From NCBI GenBank assembly GCA_041859095.1, contig JBHEKY010000006.1:7838-71837 (forward strand): DNA of 64,000 bases, given 5' to 3'. Origin of the DNA: Anaerovoracaceae bacterium (GTDB lineage: Bacteria; Bacillota; Clostridia; Peptostreptococcales; Anaerovoracaceae). A model generated the notes under the pieces. The model made no database searches and was not told the origin of the DNA. It saw nothing but the letters and a program-made list of their open reading frames with translations. Of this stretch, positions 10,170 through 18,357 are shown in pieces. The translations under genes were made by a program, and so were the position numbers. Every line of letters starts with the position of its first letter. Positions within the stretch are counted from its first letter, which is position 1.

Positions 10170-10952
10170 TTATTTTGACTCAAGACTTTTCAGGACGGCT
10201 TCAATCAACTGATTGGCAGGACCTGCCTTCAACCCGCCGTCAATGTAGATATCTTCGCCTGTAATATATTTGCAGTCGTCCGCCGCCAGGAAATGGAATA
10301 GAGCCGCGGCTTCTTCCGCTTTGCACATTCTGGCTAATGGTGTCTGGATCTTCATGACCATCAGCTCCGTTTCGCACCCTTCCGCATATGCCATGGGTGT
10401 GTCAATGGTGTTAGGGCAGATGCAGTTGACTCGGATGCCTCTTGGTGCCAACTCAATGGCAGCCGCCTTGGTCACCCCTACCACGGCTGATTTGCTGGCG
10501 ATGTAGGCCCCATATCCTGCGTAATCCCCGTTGGCAGAATTGGAAGCGGTGCTCAGGATTGCACCGCCGTCCTTCATATACTTCTGTCCGTATTTGATCC
10601 CGTATACAACACTCATGAGATTCACATCCATAAGGCGCTGGAAATTAGCGAGGTTAGCGTCTTCCAGAAGCTCCTCCGGGCTGATGATTCCGGCGTTATT
10701 CACCACGACATCCAAAGGTCCTAGGGCTTCGGCGGCCCCTTTCATCAGGGCTTCCACCTGCTCCTCTTTGCTGACGTCCGTACGGATAAACAAAGCTCCC
10801 AATTCGTTGGCCAACTCCCTTGTCTTCTCGTTGATATCCCCCATGACCACTTTAGCGCCTGCTTCAGCGAATCGTTTGGCGGTGGCATATCCCAATCCGG
10901 ATCCTGCACCGGTGATCACGGCTACTTTGTCTTTCAGTGAAAAAAATTCCAT
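10170..10952 (-). CDS. Short-chain dehydrogenase/reductase (SDR) family oxidoreductase
   Basis: TGAGSGLG Rossmann motif, NNAG, and a YxxxK-type catalytic region (YIASK). 260 aa. Confidence 0.85.
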   Translation of the reverse strand: MEFFSLKDKVAVITGAGSGLGYATAKRFAEAGAKVVMGDINEKTRELANELGALFIRTDVSKEEQVEALMKGAAEALGPLDVVVNNAGIISPEELLEDANLANFQRLMDVNLMSVVYGIKYGQKYMKDGGAILSTASNSANGDYAGYGAYIASKSAVVGVTKAAAIELAPRGIRVNCICPNTIDTPMAYAEGCETELMVMKIQTPLARMCKAEEAAALFHFLAADDCKYITGEDIYIDGGLKAGPANQLIEAVLKSLESK

Positions 10953-10982
10953 ATTCTGTCCCTCGCATAAGTATTCACGAAT

Positions 10983-11036
10983 AAACTATCAGCATGCTCC
11001 CGGGACAGCTGCCCCGGGAATCTATGCTGATAGTTT
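10983..11036 (-). terminator. Long palindromic hairpin immediately after rsgA
   Basis: AAACTATCAGCAT ... ATGCTGATAGTTT outer arms enclose a CCCGGG-containing inner palindrome. A T-rich tail follows on the minus strand. Confidence 0.45.
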
Positions 11037-12030
11037 ACCACTTATTATAGACCAGCGGTACAAATTTCTTAGTGGTTTTCCTTAGAATTCTAGCCTCTTC
11101 CTCAGCTTTCAGTTTCATGTAACTGTTGAATCGCTTCGGGTCCAATCTGCCATCTCGAATTGCCTGTTTCAGGGCACATCCCGGCTCGTTGCCATGGGTG
11201 CAATCATTGAATCGGCACTCCAATTCCAGATCTGTGATGTCCTCAAAGACTTCATCCACATCGCTGTCATCAAGGGCCAATTCCCGGATACCCGGGGAAT
11301 CAATGACGGCACCGCCCCCTTCCAAAGGAAACAGCTCACGGTGTGTGGTGGTATGTCTTCCTCTGCCATCGCTTTCACGGATACCGGCAGTTTTTAAGAT
11401 GTCTTTTCCCAAGAGGCCATTGATGATGGTGGACTTTCCGACTCCTGAGGACCCGACGAATGCCACGGTTCGTTTCCCACCAATGTACTCTCTGATCTGT
11501 TCGAGACCTTCCCCGGTCAGGTTGGAGCAAAGCAGAATTTCAAGTCCCAGTTGCGCGCTCATGATTTCCAGCATAGCTGCCTCTTTTTCCGTGGATAAAT
11601 CTGACTTGGTCAAAACCACCACAGGACGGATGCCACAGCCGTACGCCACCGCAAGGTATCGTTCCAATCTTCTTCTGTTATAATCATGGTTCAGTGACAT
11701 GCAAATAAACAGGATGTCTACATTCGCCGCAATGGATTGACTGTTTCCGCCAGTACCCGCTTCTGTCCTTCGCAATAAACTGGTTCGAGGTTCCTGGTCA
11801 AAGATAACAGCGTCTCCAGTTTCATCGGTGTCTCGGTCCAACTGAACCCAGTCGCCTACGGCGGGATAATCTAAAGTCTTTTTGGCTGCAAACGCCATTT
11901 TTCCGGATAGCATTGCCAGCAGCGGTTCTTCCCGTTTTTCAGGAAGAACCAGATACTGCTGATGGTGTTGAGAAATGATTCTGCCTCGAAACATTTTGTT
12001 CTCCAACGGATTCATTTGGTTTGATTTCAT
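11035..12030 (-). CDS. rsgA: Ribosome small-subunit-dependent GTPase A
   Basis: OB-fold N-terminus, a circularly permuted GTPase (VLTKSDL ... GSSGVGKST) and a C-terminal zinc knuckle (CRFNDCTHGNEPGC). The start is ATG 12030, preceded by GGGAGGT. Confidence 0.85.
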   Translation of the reverse strand: MKSNQMNPLENKMFRGRIISQHHQQYLVLPEKREEPLLAMLSGKMAFAAKKTLDYPAVGDWVQLDRDTDETGDAVIFDQEPRTSLLRRTEAGTGGNSQSIAANVDILFICMSLNHDYNRRRLERYLAVAYGCGIRPVVVLTKSDLSTEKEAAMLEIMSAQLGLEILLCSNLTGEGLEQIREYIGGKRTVAFVGSSGVGKSTIINGLLGKDILKTAGIRESDGRGRHTTTHRELFPLEGGGAVIDSPGIRELALDDSDVDEVFEDITDLELECRFNDCTHGNEPGCALKQAIRDGRLDPKRFNSYMKLKAEEEARILRKTTKKFVPLVYNKW

Positions 12031-12281
12031 TAGTACCTCCCTCGTTGTTTCTGACCATCGAAGCAAGCTTGCCGTAATTCGGCGCTCATCTCAAGTGTCT
12101 TGATACTCGTGATTGGTTTCTTGTTCTGTTTTTTTGTGTGTCCCCAGATCCACTCTACGCAGTCGATGCAAAGTCTTACAGTTTTTAATGGCAGCTTGAT
12201 CACTGTCTCGGTAAGTTTCATAGGCCGGTTTGAATGCATGGGGATGCCGGTCGCAGTATGTTGCGCTCTTTGGGTATGCAT
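12030..12281 (-). CDS. Hypothetical 83-aa protein translationally coupled to rsgA
   Basis: ORF-track ORF with AAGGAG 9 nt upstream of its ATG. Its TAA stop overlaps the rsgA ATG (TAATG). I recognise no family. Confidence 0.3.
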   Translation of the reverse strand: MHTQRAQHTATGIPMHSNRPMKLTETVIKLPLKTVRLCIDCVEWIWGHTKKQNKKPITSIKTLEMSAELRQACFDGQKQRGRY

Positions 12282-12299
12282 TCTTTTTTTCTCCTTGTT

Positions 12300-12415
12300 C
12301 CGGACATAAAAAGGCCCGGTATAATACAGATTCTCCGGGCATTAAAAAACCCGGTGTTACTCATCCGGGCATAAAAATACCCGGGTTGCTGTCTTCCGGG
12401 CATAAAAATACCCGG
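12300..12415. repeat. Four tandem ~30-35-nt units, each an inverted repeat CCGGG-N10-CCCGG with an A/T-rich centre
   Basis: Units lie at 12300-12319 (CCGGA...CCCGG), 12335-12354, 12365-12384 and 12396-12415. The loops are CATAAAAAGG, CATTAAAAAA, CATAAAAATA and CATAAAAATA. Confidence 0.65.
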
Positions 12416-12432
12416 GAGAAATCTCTCCCGGG
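12401..12432 (-). terminator. Strong rho-independent terminator (minus strand)
   Basis: Perfect 9-bp arms CCCGGGAGA/TCTCCCGGG (12411-12432) with a 4-nt loop. On the minus strand they are followed by TATTTTTAT. Confidence 0.6.
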
Positions 12433-12466
12433 TCCGATTCAATTGAATAAGGAATCATCGCAAAAG

Positions 12467-12526
12467 TTATCTTTTGCACCCGGGAGGTAAACTGTTCAAT
12501 TGTTGTGCGTTTGTGCTACGAACCAT
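12467..12526 (-). CDS. 19-codon mini-ORF (MVRSTNAQQLNSLPPGCKR), or part of a small structured RNA
   Basis: AAAGGAGG lies 7 nt upstream of ATG 12526 and the stop is TAA at 12467. The SD (GGAGGTA, 12538-12532) is complementary to codons 13-15 of the ORF (TACCTCC, 12489-12483). The terminator lies 35 nt downstream. Confidence 0.25.
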   Translation of the reverse strand: MVRSTNAQQLNSLPPGCKR

Positions 12527-12638
12527 GTTCGTACCTCCTTTCGTTTTTTTAACATTATTAGTTTATCACAACAAACTATATTCTGTAAAGTGTTTTTGCT
12601 TGTCATACCAAAATATATTTTGCAACCAAAAATGCCAA

Positions 12639-12667
12639 CTGCCGGTCACGAGTTTCGTGACCGGCAG
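12639..12667. terminator. Hairpin terminator downstream of the aminotransferase-SDR operon
   Basis: 13-bp perfect stem CTGCCGGTCACGA/TCGTGACCGGCAG with a 3-nt loop. T-rich sequence follows on both strands. Confidence 0.55.
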
Positions 12668-12722
12668 TTTGTAATCCGTTTTCACAAGATTATGGCCGTC
12701 TTCCCACTATTTTATTAAATTG

Positions 12723-13520
12723 TTAATAATATAAATCTGAAGGACCTTTGTATTCCTGAATGGTATTTCCTCCATCCACCACAAAGTTTTGTCCTGTGAT
12801 ATAAGAGGCTTTTTCCGATGCAAGGAACACATTCATGTTGGCCACTTCTTCTGCCGACCCACCACGGCCGGCCGGCGTGTTTAGTCCGCCTACGGCTTCT
12901 TCTTCCGTTTGGGACGCCGTTGCAATCCAGCCTGGCAACACATTATTAATCGTAATGTTATACTTGGCCGTTTCGATGGCGATGGACATGCTCATGCCAT
13001 TGATGGCTGCTTTTGCGGCACCATATCCGGCTGACCCGGGATTACTTGCAATGGGTCCTGTCACCGATGAGGTATTAACGATGCGCCCATACTGATTCTG
13101 AATCATATGGGGCAGTACCGCTCGGGTCACATTGAAACAAGTATTCAAGTTCCGATCAATGGCGTCATCCCAGCTTGCGTAACTGACCTTGTCAAAGGTC
13201 GCAAAGTCTTCTTCCATGCCAACCTGAACCATCCCGGCATTGTTCACCAAGACGTCAATGACGCCATACTTTTGAATGATGCCCGCCACCAGGTTTTCCA
13301 CCTGCGTCCGGTCCATGAGATTGGCGATGAATGCTTCTGCTTCAACCCCAACGCCACGGAGCTCTTCAGCTCGCTGATAGACTCGTTCCGTCGTCGCGAC
13401 CAGGAGGATTTTACCTCCTAGATCGCCAAGAATTTTTGCGGTTTCAAAACCGATGCCATTGGGACTGCCAGCGCCTGTAATCAAACAGACCTGACCTGTA
13501 AAGTCAATAAACTTATTCAT
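12723..13520 (-). CDS. SDR family oxidoreductase (3-oxoacyl-ACP reductase-like)
   Basis: TGAGSPNGIG, NNAG and YGAAK motifs. 265 aa. Begins 2 nt after the upstream aminotransferase stop (TAGCCATG). Confidence 0.85.
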   Translation of the reverse strand: MNKFIDFTGQVCLITGAGSPNGIGFETAKILGDLGGKILLVATTERVYQRAEELRGVGVEAEAFIANLMDRTQVENLVAGIIQKYGVIDVLVNNAGMVQVGMEEDFATFDKVSYASWDDAIDRNLNTCFNVTRAVLPHMIQNQYGRIVNTSSVTGPIASNPGSAGYGAAKAAINGMSMSIAIETAKYNITINNVLPGWIATASQTEEEAVGGLNTPAGRGGSAEEVANMNVFLASEKASYITGQNFVVDGGNTIQEYKGPSDLYY

Positions 13521-13522
13521 GG

Positions 13523-14872
13523 CTATAGGATGTTGCTGACGATTTCGTCAAACACACTGGTATGATGGTCGATATCTTTTTCTGAAGTCTCGGCAGAAAT
13601 CAGCGCCATGTTGTGGAAAGGAGTCATCAGTATGCCTCTGTTTAAGGATGCCAGATGCATGTATTGATCCAACTCGAAGTCTACGGCTGCTTCCGCTTCC
13701 CCACCGTTCATAGCCGGCTCTTTACGGAACCAATATTCGGTTCGGCAACCTAGCTGGGTGGTGTTCCACGGTAGGTTGTGCTTGTCGATGACCGACTGGA
13801 TGCCTTCATTGAACTTGACAGCTAATGGGATGTTCTTGTTGTAGTAATCCTGTGTCAGGACTTCACCAAGAACCGCCTTCATGGCATGCATACTTAGTGC
13901 GTTAGCAGCCAGCGTGCCACCAATGCCACCGATGTCACAAAGTTCGGGAGGAATGGCTGCGGCAACTTTCTTGCCCAATTCTTCAGTGAAGCCATAAGCA
14001 CCTGCAGGGATTCCGGCAGCGATGGTTTTGCCCACAACGACCATATCCGGCTTTAGGTTATATTCTTTGGTATATCCACCAACACCGGTACAAATGGTGT
14101 GGGTTTCATCGATGATTAACAGTGTGCCGTACTTGGTGCATAGTTCTCGTAGTTTGTCATGGTAACCGGGGATCGGATGAACGATACCGCAGTTGGTCAT
14201 AACCGGCTCTGCCAAAACAGCTGCAACGTCCTGATCTTTCAGCGCGTTTTCAAGAGCCTCCACATCGTTCCATTCAATGACCTTGGTGGTCAGAGCAGGA
14301 TCGCACTGGGGACCTAAGCTCCCGGATTTGGCAACGGTCTTGCCGGTTTTTTCGTCGATGATGGCAACAGTTTCGTCAACGGAACCATGGTAGCACCAAT
14401 TGTAAACCAATACTTTAGGTCGCTGAGTAACTTCTCTACAAAGTCTTAGGGCAAAGCGGTTGGCATCGGTTGCGCTTGTGGAAAACTGCCAGTATTTCAT
14501 GCCAAATCTTCTGTTCAGCTCTTCGCCGACCCATACGGCATCCTCGGTAGGAAGCATGAGTGTGGTTCCTTTTTGAACGTATTCAGTAATGGCTCGCACT
14601 GCCGGTTCAACGGCATGGCCAATCATGGAACCGGTATCGCCAAGACAAAGATCCAGGTACTCGTTACCGTCAACGTCCCAGAAATGAGCGCCTTTTGCGG
14701 TCTCTACGAAAACAGGATAGCTACCTGCCCACTTTGTCATCCAGTTCATAGGTACGCCCTGAAGCAGGCTACCCTGTGCTCTTTTATAGAGTTCTCCGGA
14801 TTTTGGATGGTTCTTTTCGAACATCTCAATTTCTTTGGCCATCTGGGCCTTTAGTTTGTCTCTGTTGATCAT
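13523..14872 (-). CDS. Class III PLP-dependent aminotransferase (glutamate-1-semialdehyde aminomutase-like)
   Basis: 449 aa. Typical class III segments are present (GSVDETV, LIIDETHT, VVGKTIAAGIP with the PLP-lysine context). The stop is TAG. Confidence 0.85.
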   Translation of the reverse strand: MINRDKLKAQMAKEIEMFEKNHPKSGELYKRAQGSLLQGVPMNWMTKWAGSYPVFVETAKGAHFWDVDGNEYLDLCLGDTGSMIGHAVEPAVRAITEYVQKGTTLMLPTEDAVWVGEELNRRFGMKYWQFSTSATDANRFALRLCREVTQRPKVLVYNWCYHGSVDETVAIIDEKTGKTVAKSGSLGPQCDPALTTKVIEWNDVEALENALKDQDVAAVLAEPVMTNCGIVHPIPGYHDKLRELCTKYGTLLIIDETHTICTGVGGYTKEYNLKPDMVVVGKTIAAGIPAGAYGFTEELGKKVAAAIPPELCDIGGIGGTLAANALSMHAMKAVLGEVLTQDYYNKNIPLAVKFNEGIQSVIDKHNLPWNTTQLGCRTEYWFRKEPAMNGGEAEAAVDFELDQYMHLASLNRGILMTPFHNMALISAETSEKDIDHHTSVFDEIVSNIL

Positions 14873-14955
14873 GATAAATTTCCTTTCCTTTACGGCTTCT
14901 TCTAATTCGTTATTTGACTAAGTTAATTATACAACTTGATTATACTTTATATAAT

Positions 14956-14971
14956 TGCAAGTCCCGTGCCA
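14956..14971 (-). promoter_or_regulatory. Sigma-54 (-24/-12) promoter of the aminotransferase-SDR operon
   Basis: The minus strand reads TGGCACGGGACTTGCA, i.e. TGGCAC-N5-TTGCA, about 85-100 nt upstream of ATG 14872. Confidence 0.75.
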
Positions 14972-15088
14972 AGGCATCATTTGACGCATTATCCGCGATG
15001 TGATATCTGAAAGCCTTTGGAAACTGTGGGTACCGGTATGAACGGCCAGTTTGATCGTCTTTGGGGTGATAAGCGTTTGGTGTCAAAA

Positions 15089-15127
15089 TTGTCATAATTA
15101 ACAACTATTATTGTCATAATTGACAAT
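15089..15127. promoter_or_regulatory. Tandem palindromic upstream activator sites (candidate enhancer-binding-protein sites)
   Basis: TTGTCATAATTAACAA (15089-15104) and ATTGTCATAATTGACAAT (15110-15127, perfect 7-bp arms). Their centres are 22 bp apart, about 120-155 bp upstream of the sigma-54 promoter. Confidence 0.5.
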
Positions 15128-15181
15128 AATGCCTGGCAGGTGATAAGATTAGGCAAACAAATATCGAACGGAGGAATCCTT

Positions 15182-16978
15182 ATGCTTAGTTTGTCATCCA
15201 TTCAAAATACGGTTATGCAAGTTGCCGAAGCTATTACCGCAGCGTTGGACATCGAAACTGAAATCGTGGACAGTCATCTTCGGATTATCGGGGGCACCGG
15301 GCGATATGTAAAAAAAATCGGATCCCTGGAGGAAGAAGGTCAGCTGGATTCCGGATTCATTTATGCCACAATTTTAAAGACCGGTCGGGAATATGTATGC
15401 ATGGATGTGCGGCAAGATTCCAATTACAACCAGAAGGAAGGCGAGTTCGCTGAAATCAGTTGCCCTATCCAGGTTGAAAATCAGATTATCGGTATTATCG
15501 GTCTGGTTGCCTTTACCCTTGAGCAACAAGAGAAAATGTCGGCAAGAAGTGACACCTACCTGAATTTTCTCCGCCGCATGTCAGAACTAATCGCCAGCAA
15601 ACTCATCGAATCCCAAAGCAACTCCAAGCTAGCCTCCATGCTGGAGTCCATGCCGGAAGGTCTGTTGGCGACCGATGGGGACGGGAAAATATTTTCCTGT
15701 AATTTTACATGTGAAGTGCTGTTGAACCGCAAACGGGAAGAAATGGTGGGGATGAAAATTGATCGGTTGTTTCCTCAAGACGAGTTTTTTGCTCAGGGCG
15801 GCGCGGTTGGCAATCAGGCTCGTACCAAAGAAATCGTGTCAAAAGAAGGCCGATACTTCTTTACCGCTGTACCCATTCCAGGCATCGGGATCATGTACTT
15901 GTTTCAAGATATGGAGGAGGTGGCGGCCAAAGCTAGTCAACTTGCTCATACCGACAGCGGAACCACGTTCGAAAACATTTTGGGTCAAAGCCAAGCCATC
16001 ATCGAAACGAAACGGAGAGCGCTACAGGTTTCCGGTTCTGATTCAACAGTGTTGATTACCGGAGAAAGCGGGACAGGCAAAGAACTTTTTGCCCGGGCCA
16101 TACACAGCGCAAGTCCCCGTTCTGTTGGACCCTTTATCTCCATCAACTGCGGCGCTATTCCTGACACCTTATTGGAAAGTGAGTTGTTCGGTTATGAAAA
16201 AGGTGCTTTCACCGGCGCGTCTACCATGGGCAAGCCAGGCAAGTTCGAAATCGCCAACAAAGGCACCATTTTCTTGGATGAAATCGGAGACATGCCCATC
16301 CATCTGCAGGTGAAGCTGCTCCATGTCCTTCAAAACAAAACCATCGAGCGTGTGGGAGGCGTGGTCCCTATTAAAATTGATGTGCGCATCATTGCAGCCA
16401 CCAACAAACACCTGGAGGAGCAAATCGAAAAGGGTGAGTTTCGGGAAGATTTGTATTTCCGGCTTAATGTCATCCCTCTGCTCATCCCACCGCTTCGTGA
16501 ACGGGGTGGCGACATTGACCTTTTGTTATTATCTACGCTGACCCGCTTCAACCAGCTCCTTGGGAAACGGGTGGCGGGGTTTCATCCGCTAGCCATGAAA
16601 TTGTTATCCGGTTATGCCTGGCCCGGCAATGTCCGGGAATTGGAAAACACCGTGGAGTATGCTGTCAACATGGCTCCCGGGGAGGAAATCCTAGTGACCA
16701 ACTTACCTCCGCGAATTCAGAATGCGCTTGCGACTCAGCACGACGGAACAAGTCTAACTAGTACGGAGGGTGCCCAAGTTTTGGGTGTCTCCGGCCTGTC
16801 GAACTTTGCTGCGGAGGGGAGAACCCTAAAAGACCAGACGGATGCCATCCACCGAGAAATCATCGCCTCCTGCCTGGCCAAGACAGGTGAAACGCTGGAA
16901 GGGAAAAGAAAAGCCGCCGACCAGCTAGGGATTAGCGAATCCACACTGTATCGACGGCTACGGGAGTTGGGGATGTAG
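15182..16978 (+). CDS. Sigma-54-dependent transcriptional activator (sensor + PAS + AAA+ + Fis-type HTH)
   Basis: [15 protein letters not shown] Walker A, the GAFTGA sigma-54 contact loop (EKGAFTGA), and a C-terminal HTH ([14 protein letters not shown]). The start is ATG 15182 with GGAGGA upstream; the track start at 15140 is a GTG extension. Confidence 0.85.
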   Translation: MLSLSSIQNTVMQVAEAITAALDIETEIVDSHLRIIGGTGRYVKKIGSLEEEGQLDSGFIYATILKTGREYVCMDVRQDSNYNQKEGEFAEISCPIQVENQIIGIIGLVAFTLEQQEKMSARSDTYLNFLRRMSELIASKLIESQSNSKLASMLESMPEGLLATDGDGKIFSCNFTCEVLLNRKREEMVGMKIDRLFPQDEFFAQGGAVGNQARTKEIVSKEGRYFFTAVPIPGIGIMYLFQDMEEVAAKASQLAHTDSGTTFENILGQSQAIIETKRRALQVSGSDSTVLITGESGTGKELFARAIHSASPRSVGPFISINCGAIPDTLLESELFGYEKGAFTGASTMGKPGKFEIANKGTIFLDEIGDMPIHLQVKLLHVLQNKTIERVGGVVPIKIDVRIIAATNKHLEEQIEKGEFREDLYFRLNVIPLLIPPLRERGGDIDLLLLSTLTRFNQLLGKRVAGFHPLAMKLLSGYAWPGNVRELENTVEYAVNMAPGEEILVTNLPPRIQNALATQHDGTSLTSTEGAQVLGVSGLSNFAAEGRTLKDQTDAIHREIIASCLAKTGETLEGKRKAADQLGISESTLYRRLRELGM

Positions 16979-16996
16979 GCCCAATAATTGTATGCG

Positions 16997-17689
16997 CTAT
17001 TTGAAGATCTTGCCTTTTGCTTCTTCTATTCGCCCAGCCGCTTCTATTTCCGATGAAATATACCGGCTGATATATTGCTGGACTTCTTTTCTGTCACATT
17101 TTGATAATGTTTCCATTAGCCTTAAGAATTTGCTTTTGTCAAGATGATGGAACATCTCATTGATTGACACCCGATCCTTTTCTGTCTTCTTCTTACGTTC
17201 TTTATTGATTATCATTTTATGCAGTACATACGCCTCTGGGCAAGGTATTTCGATTGGTAGTCCATAGTGCTTGACTACTATTGTATTTGCAAGCAGCATT
17301 TCCATATGGCGCAAGGTCTGTGCCGTAACCCCAAGGTTTGTCTTAAGAGCTTTCTCGTTGCCAGCACCCCGCTTCGACAACAGAAACTCCACCTCAAGGC
17401 TACCTGGGAGAAGTAATTTAGTGATTCCTGTCAAACGCTCTCTTTCAATTAGATACCCTTCTGCTTTTGCAATTTGAGGCAAATTGACTTCTTGCCTTGG
17501 ATGTTTTAGATTCTTTACGAGCACATCCAAATCCAGTGTGATAACGCTGGCTGCGTAGGAAGGCAGTACCCCCGTTTCAATATATAAGTATTCAGCCCAC
17601 GAACCAACAATAATAATGTTCGAAATGCAATTATTATCATGCAGCAGTTTGATGGTTTTTAAAAAATCGCGCGTTTGTAGATTACTCAT
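16997..17689 (-). CDS. Nucleotidyltransferase-fold protein (minimal NTase signature); toxin-like component
   Basis: 230 aa with hGS...DLDVLV (IVGSWAEYL ... TLDLDVLV), matching the G[SG]-Xn-DxD minimal nucleotidyltransferase pattern. AT-rich coding sequence. The family assignment is uncertain. Confidence 0.5.
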   Translation of the reverse strand: MSNLQTRDFLKTIKLLHDNNCISNIIIVGSWAEYLYIETGVLPSYAASVITLDLDVLVKNLKHPRQEVNLPQIAKAEGYLIERERLTGITKLLLPGSLEVEFLLSKRGAGNEKALKTNLGVTAQTLRHMEMLLANTIVVKHYGLPIEIPCPEAYVLHKMIINKERKKKTEKDRVSINEMFHHLDKSKFLRLMETLSKCDRKEVQQYISRYISSEIEAAGRIEEAKGKIFK

Positions 17690-17993
17690 CTGTCTTTGCC
17701 TTTTTTAGTGCAGCAGTTAACTTTTTTTGCTCAACTCTCATTTCTTTAGTCTTTTGTTCAAGGGTTTTCCTATGTTTTATTAAAGTTGCATACGGTTCAA
17801 GCTCATCTTTTTTGAGGTGCTTTGATACAATCTTATCTCCTTCTCTTTTTTGCAAGTAATAGTAAGTGCCATTCCCAATTTTCTTTTCGGAAATATATCC
17901 TTTTGGCAAACTTGCAAGTTCTTCATGGATCAGATTAATCCCTCTCTCCAACCGATTATATTCTTCAAGTAAAATTTCATCTAATATAGTCAT
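17682..17993 (-). CDS. Small (103 aa) partner protein; antitoxin/regulator-like
   Basis: 8-nt overlap with the downstream NTase gene. Charged, coiled-coil-like C-terminus. AAGGAG lies upstream of the ATG. I recognise no family. Confidence 0.4.
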   Translation of the reverse strand: MTILDEILLEEYNRLERGINLIHEELASLPKGYISEKKIGNGTYYYLQKREGDKIVSKHLKKDELEPYATLIKHRKTLEQKTKEMRVEQKKLTAALKKAKTDE

Positions 17994-18006
17994 CTGAATC
18001 GCTCCT

Positions 18007-18102
18007 TAACCTACATCTTATATTAATTATGGCTTTGTAGGGTAATTGTATTATAAACAAAATAACCTACTTTGTCAATATATTACTCCATTGTAGGTTA
18101 TT
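18007..18102 (-). promoter_or_regulatory. Consensus sigma-70 promoter with four copies of a TAACCTAC/GTAGGTTA operator motif
   Basis: On the minus strand: TTGACA (18078-18073), a 17-nt spacer, TATAAT (18055-18050). One inverted-repeat pair is AATAACCTAC (18061-18070) / GTAGGTTATT (18093-18102), flanking the -35. A second pair is TAACCTACA (18007-18015) / TGTAGGGTAA (18036-18045), between the -10 and the SD. Confidence 0.55.
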
Positions 18103-18180
18103 TTGAGCCCATTTTTATCTGAATAGTCTTTTAGTAAAGAAATCTATTCCGCAATTATAATTGCGGATTGTGACAGGCCA

Positions 18181-18357
18181 TTAGAAAAAAATTATATACA
18201 ATGATATTAATAGACATATAACAACTACAGCAATACATACTATTCTCAAGGCTTTTTTTACTTCCGGGTTAAGTTTTGGAAGCAACAATTTATTTGCAGC
18301 TATTGCGATACAAATAACTGTTAACACGCAAATCAAAATTAAAATCTTACTATCCAA
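18181..18357 (-). CDS. Small two-TM hydrophobic protein (58 aa, TTG start)
   Basis: AGGAGGG (18372-18366) lies 8 nt upstream of TTG 18357. My translation is MDSKILILICVLTVICIAIAANKLLLPKLNPEVKKALRIVCIAVVVICLLISLYIIFF. It falls below the ORF-track size cutoff. Confidence 0.35.
   Translation of the reverse strand: MDSKILILICVLTVICIAIAANKLLLPKLNPEVKKALRIVCIAVVVICLLISLYIIFF

Noticed and set aside
12091-12342. An alternative 83-aa minus-strand ORF (MPGESVLYRAF...) overlaps the hairpin array.
   Set aside because: It starts inside the repeat units with no SD and overlaps the better-supported TAATG-coupled ORF in another frame.
12300-12432. The tandem hairpin array was considered as a possible CRISPR array.
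   Set aside because: There are only four units with a ~30-nt period, and the 'spacers' are 10-15 nt and similar to one another. No cas genes are present. The structure is a reiterated palindrome, not a repeat-spacer array.
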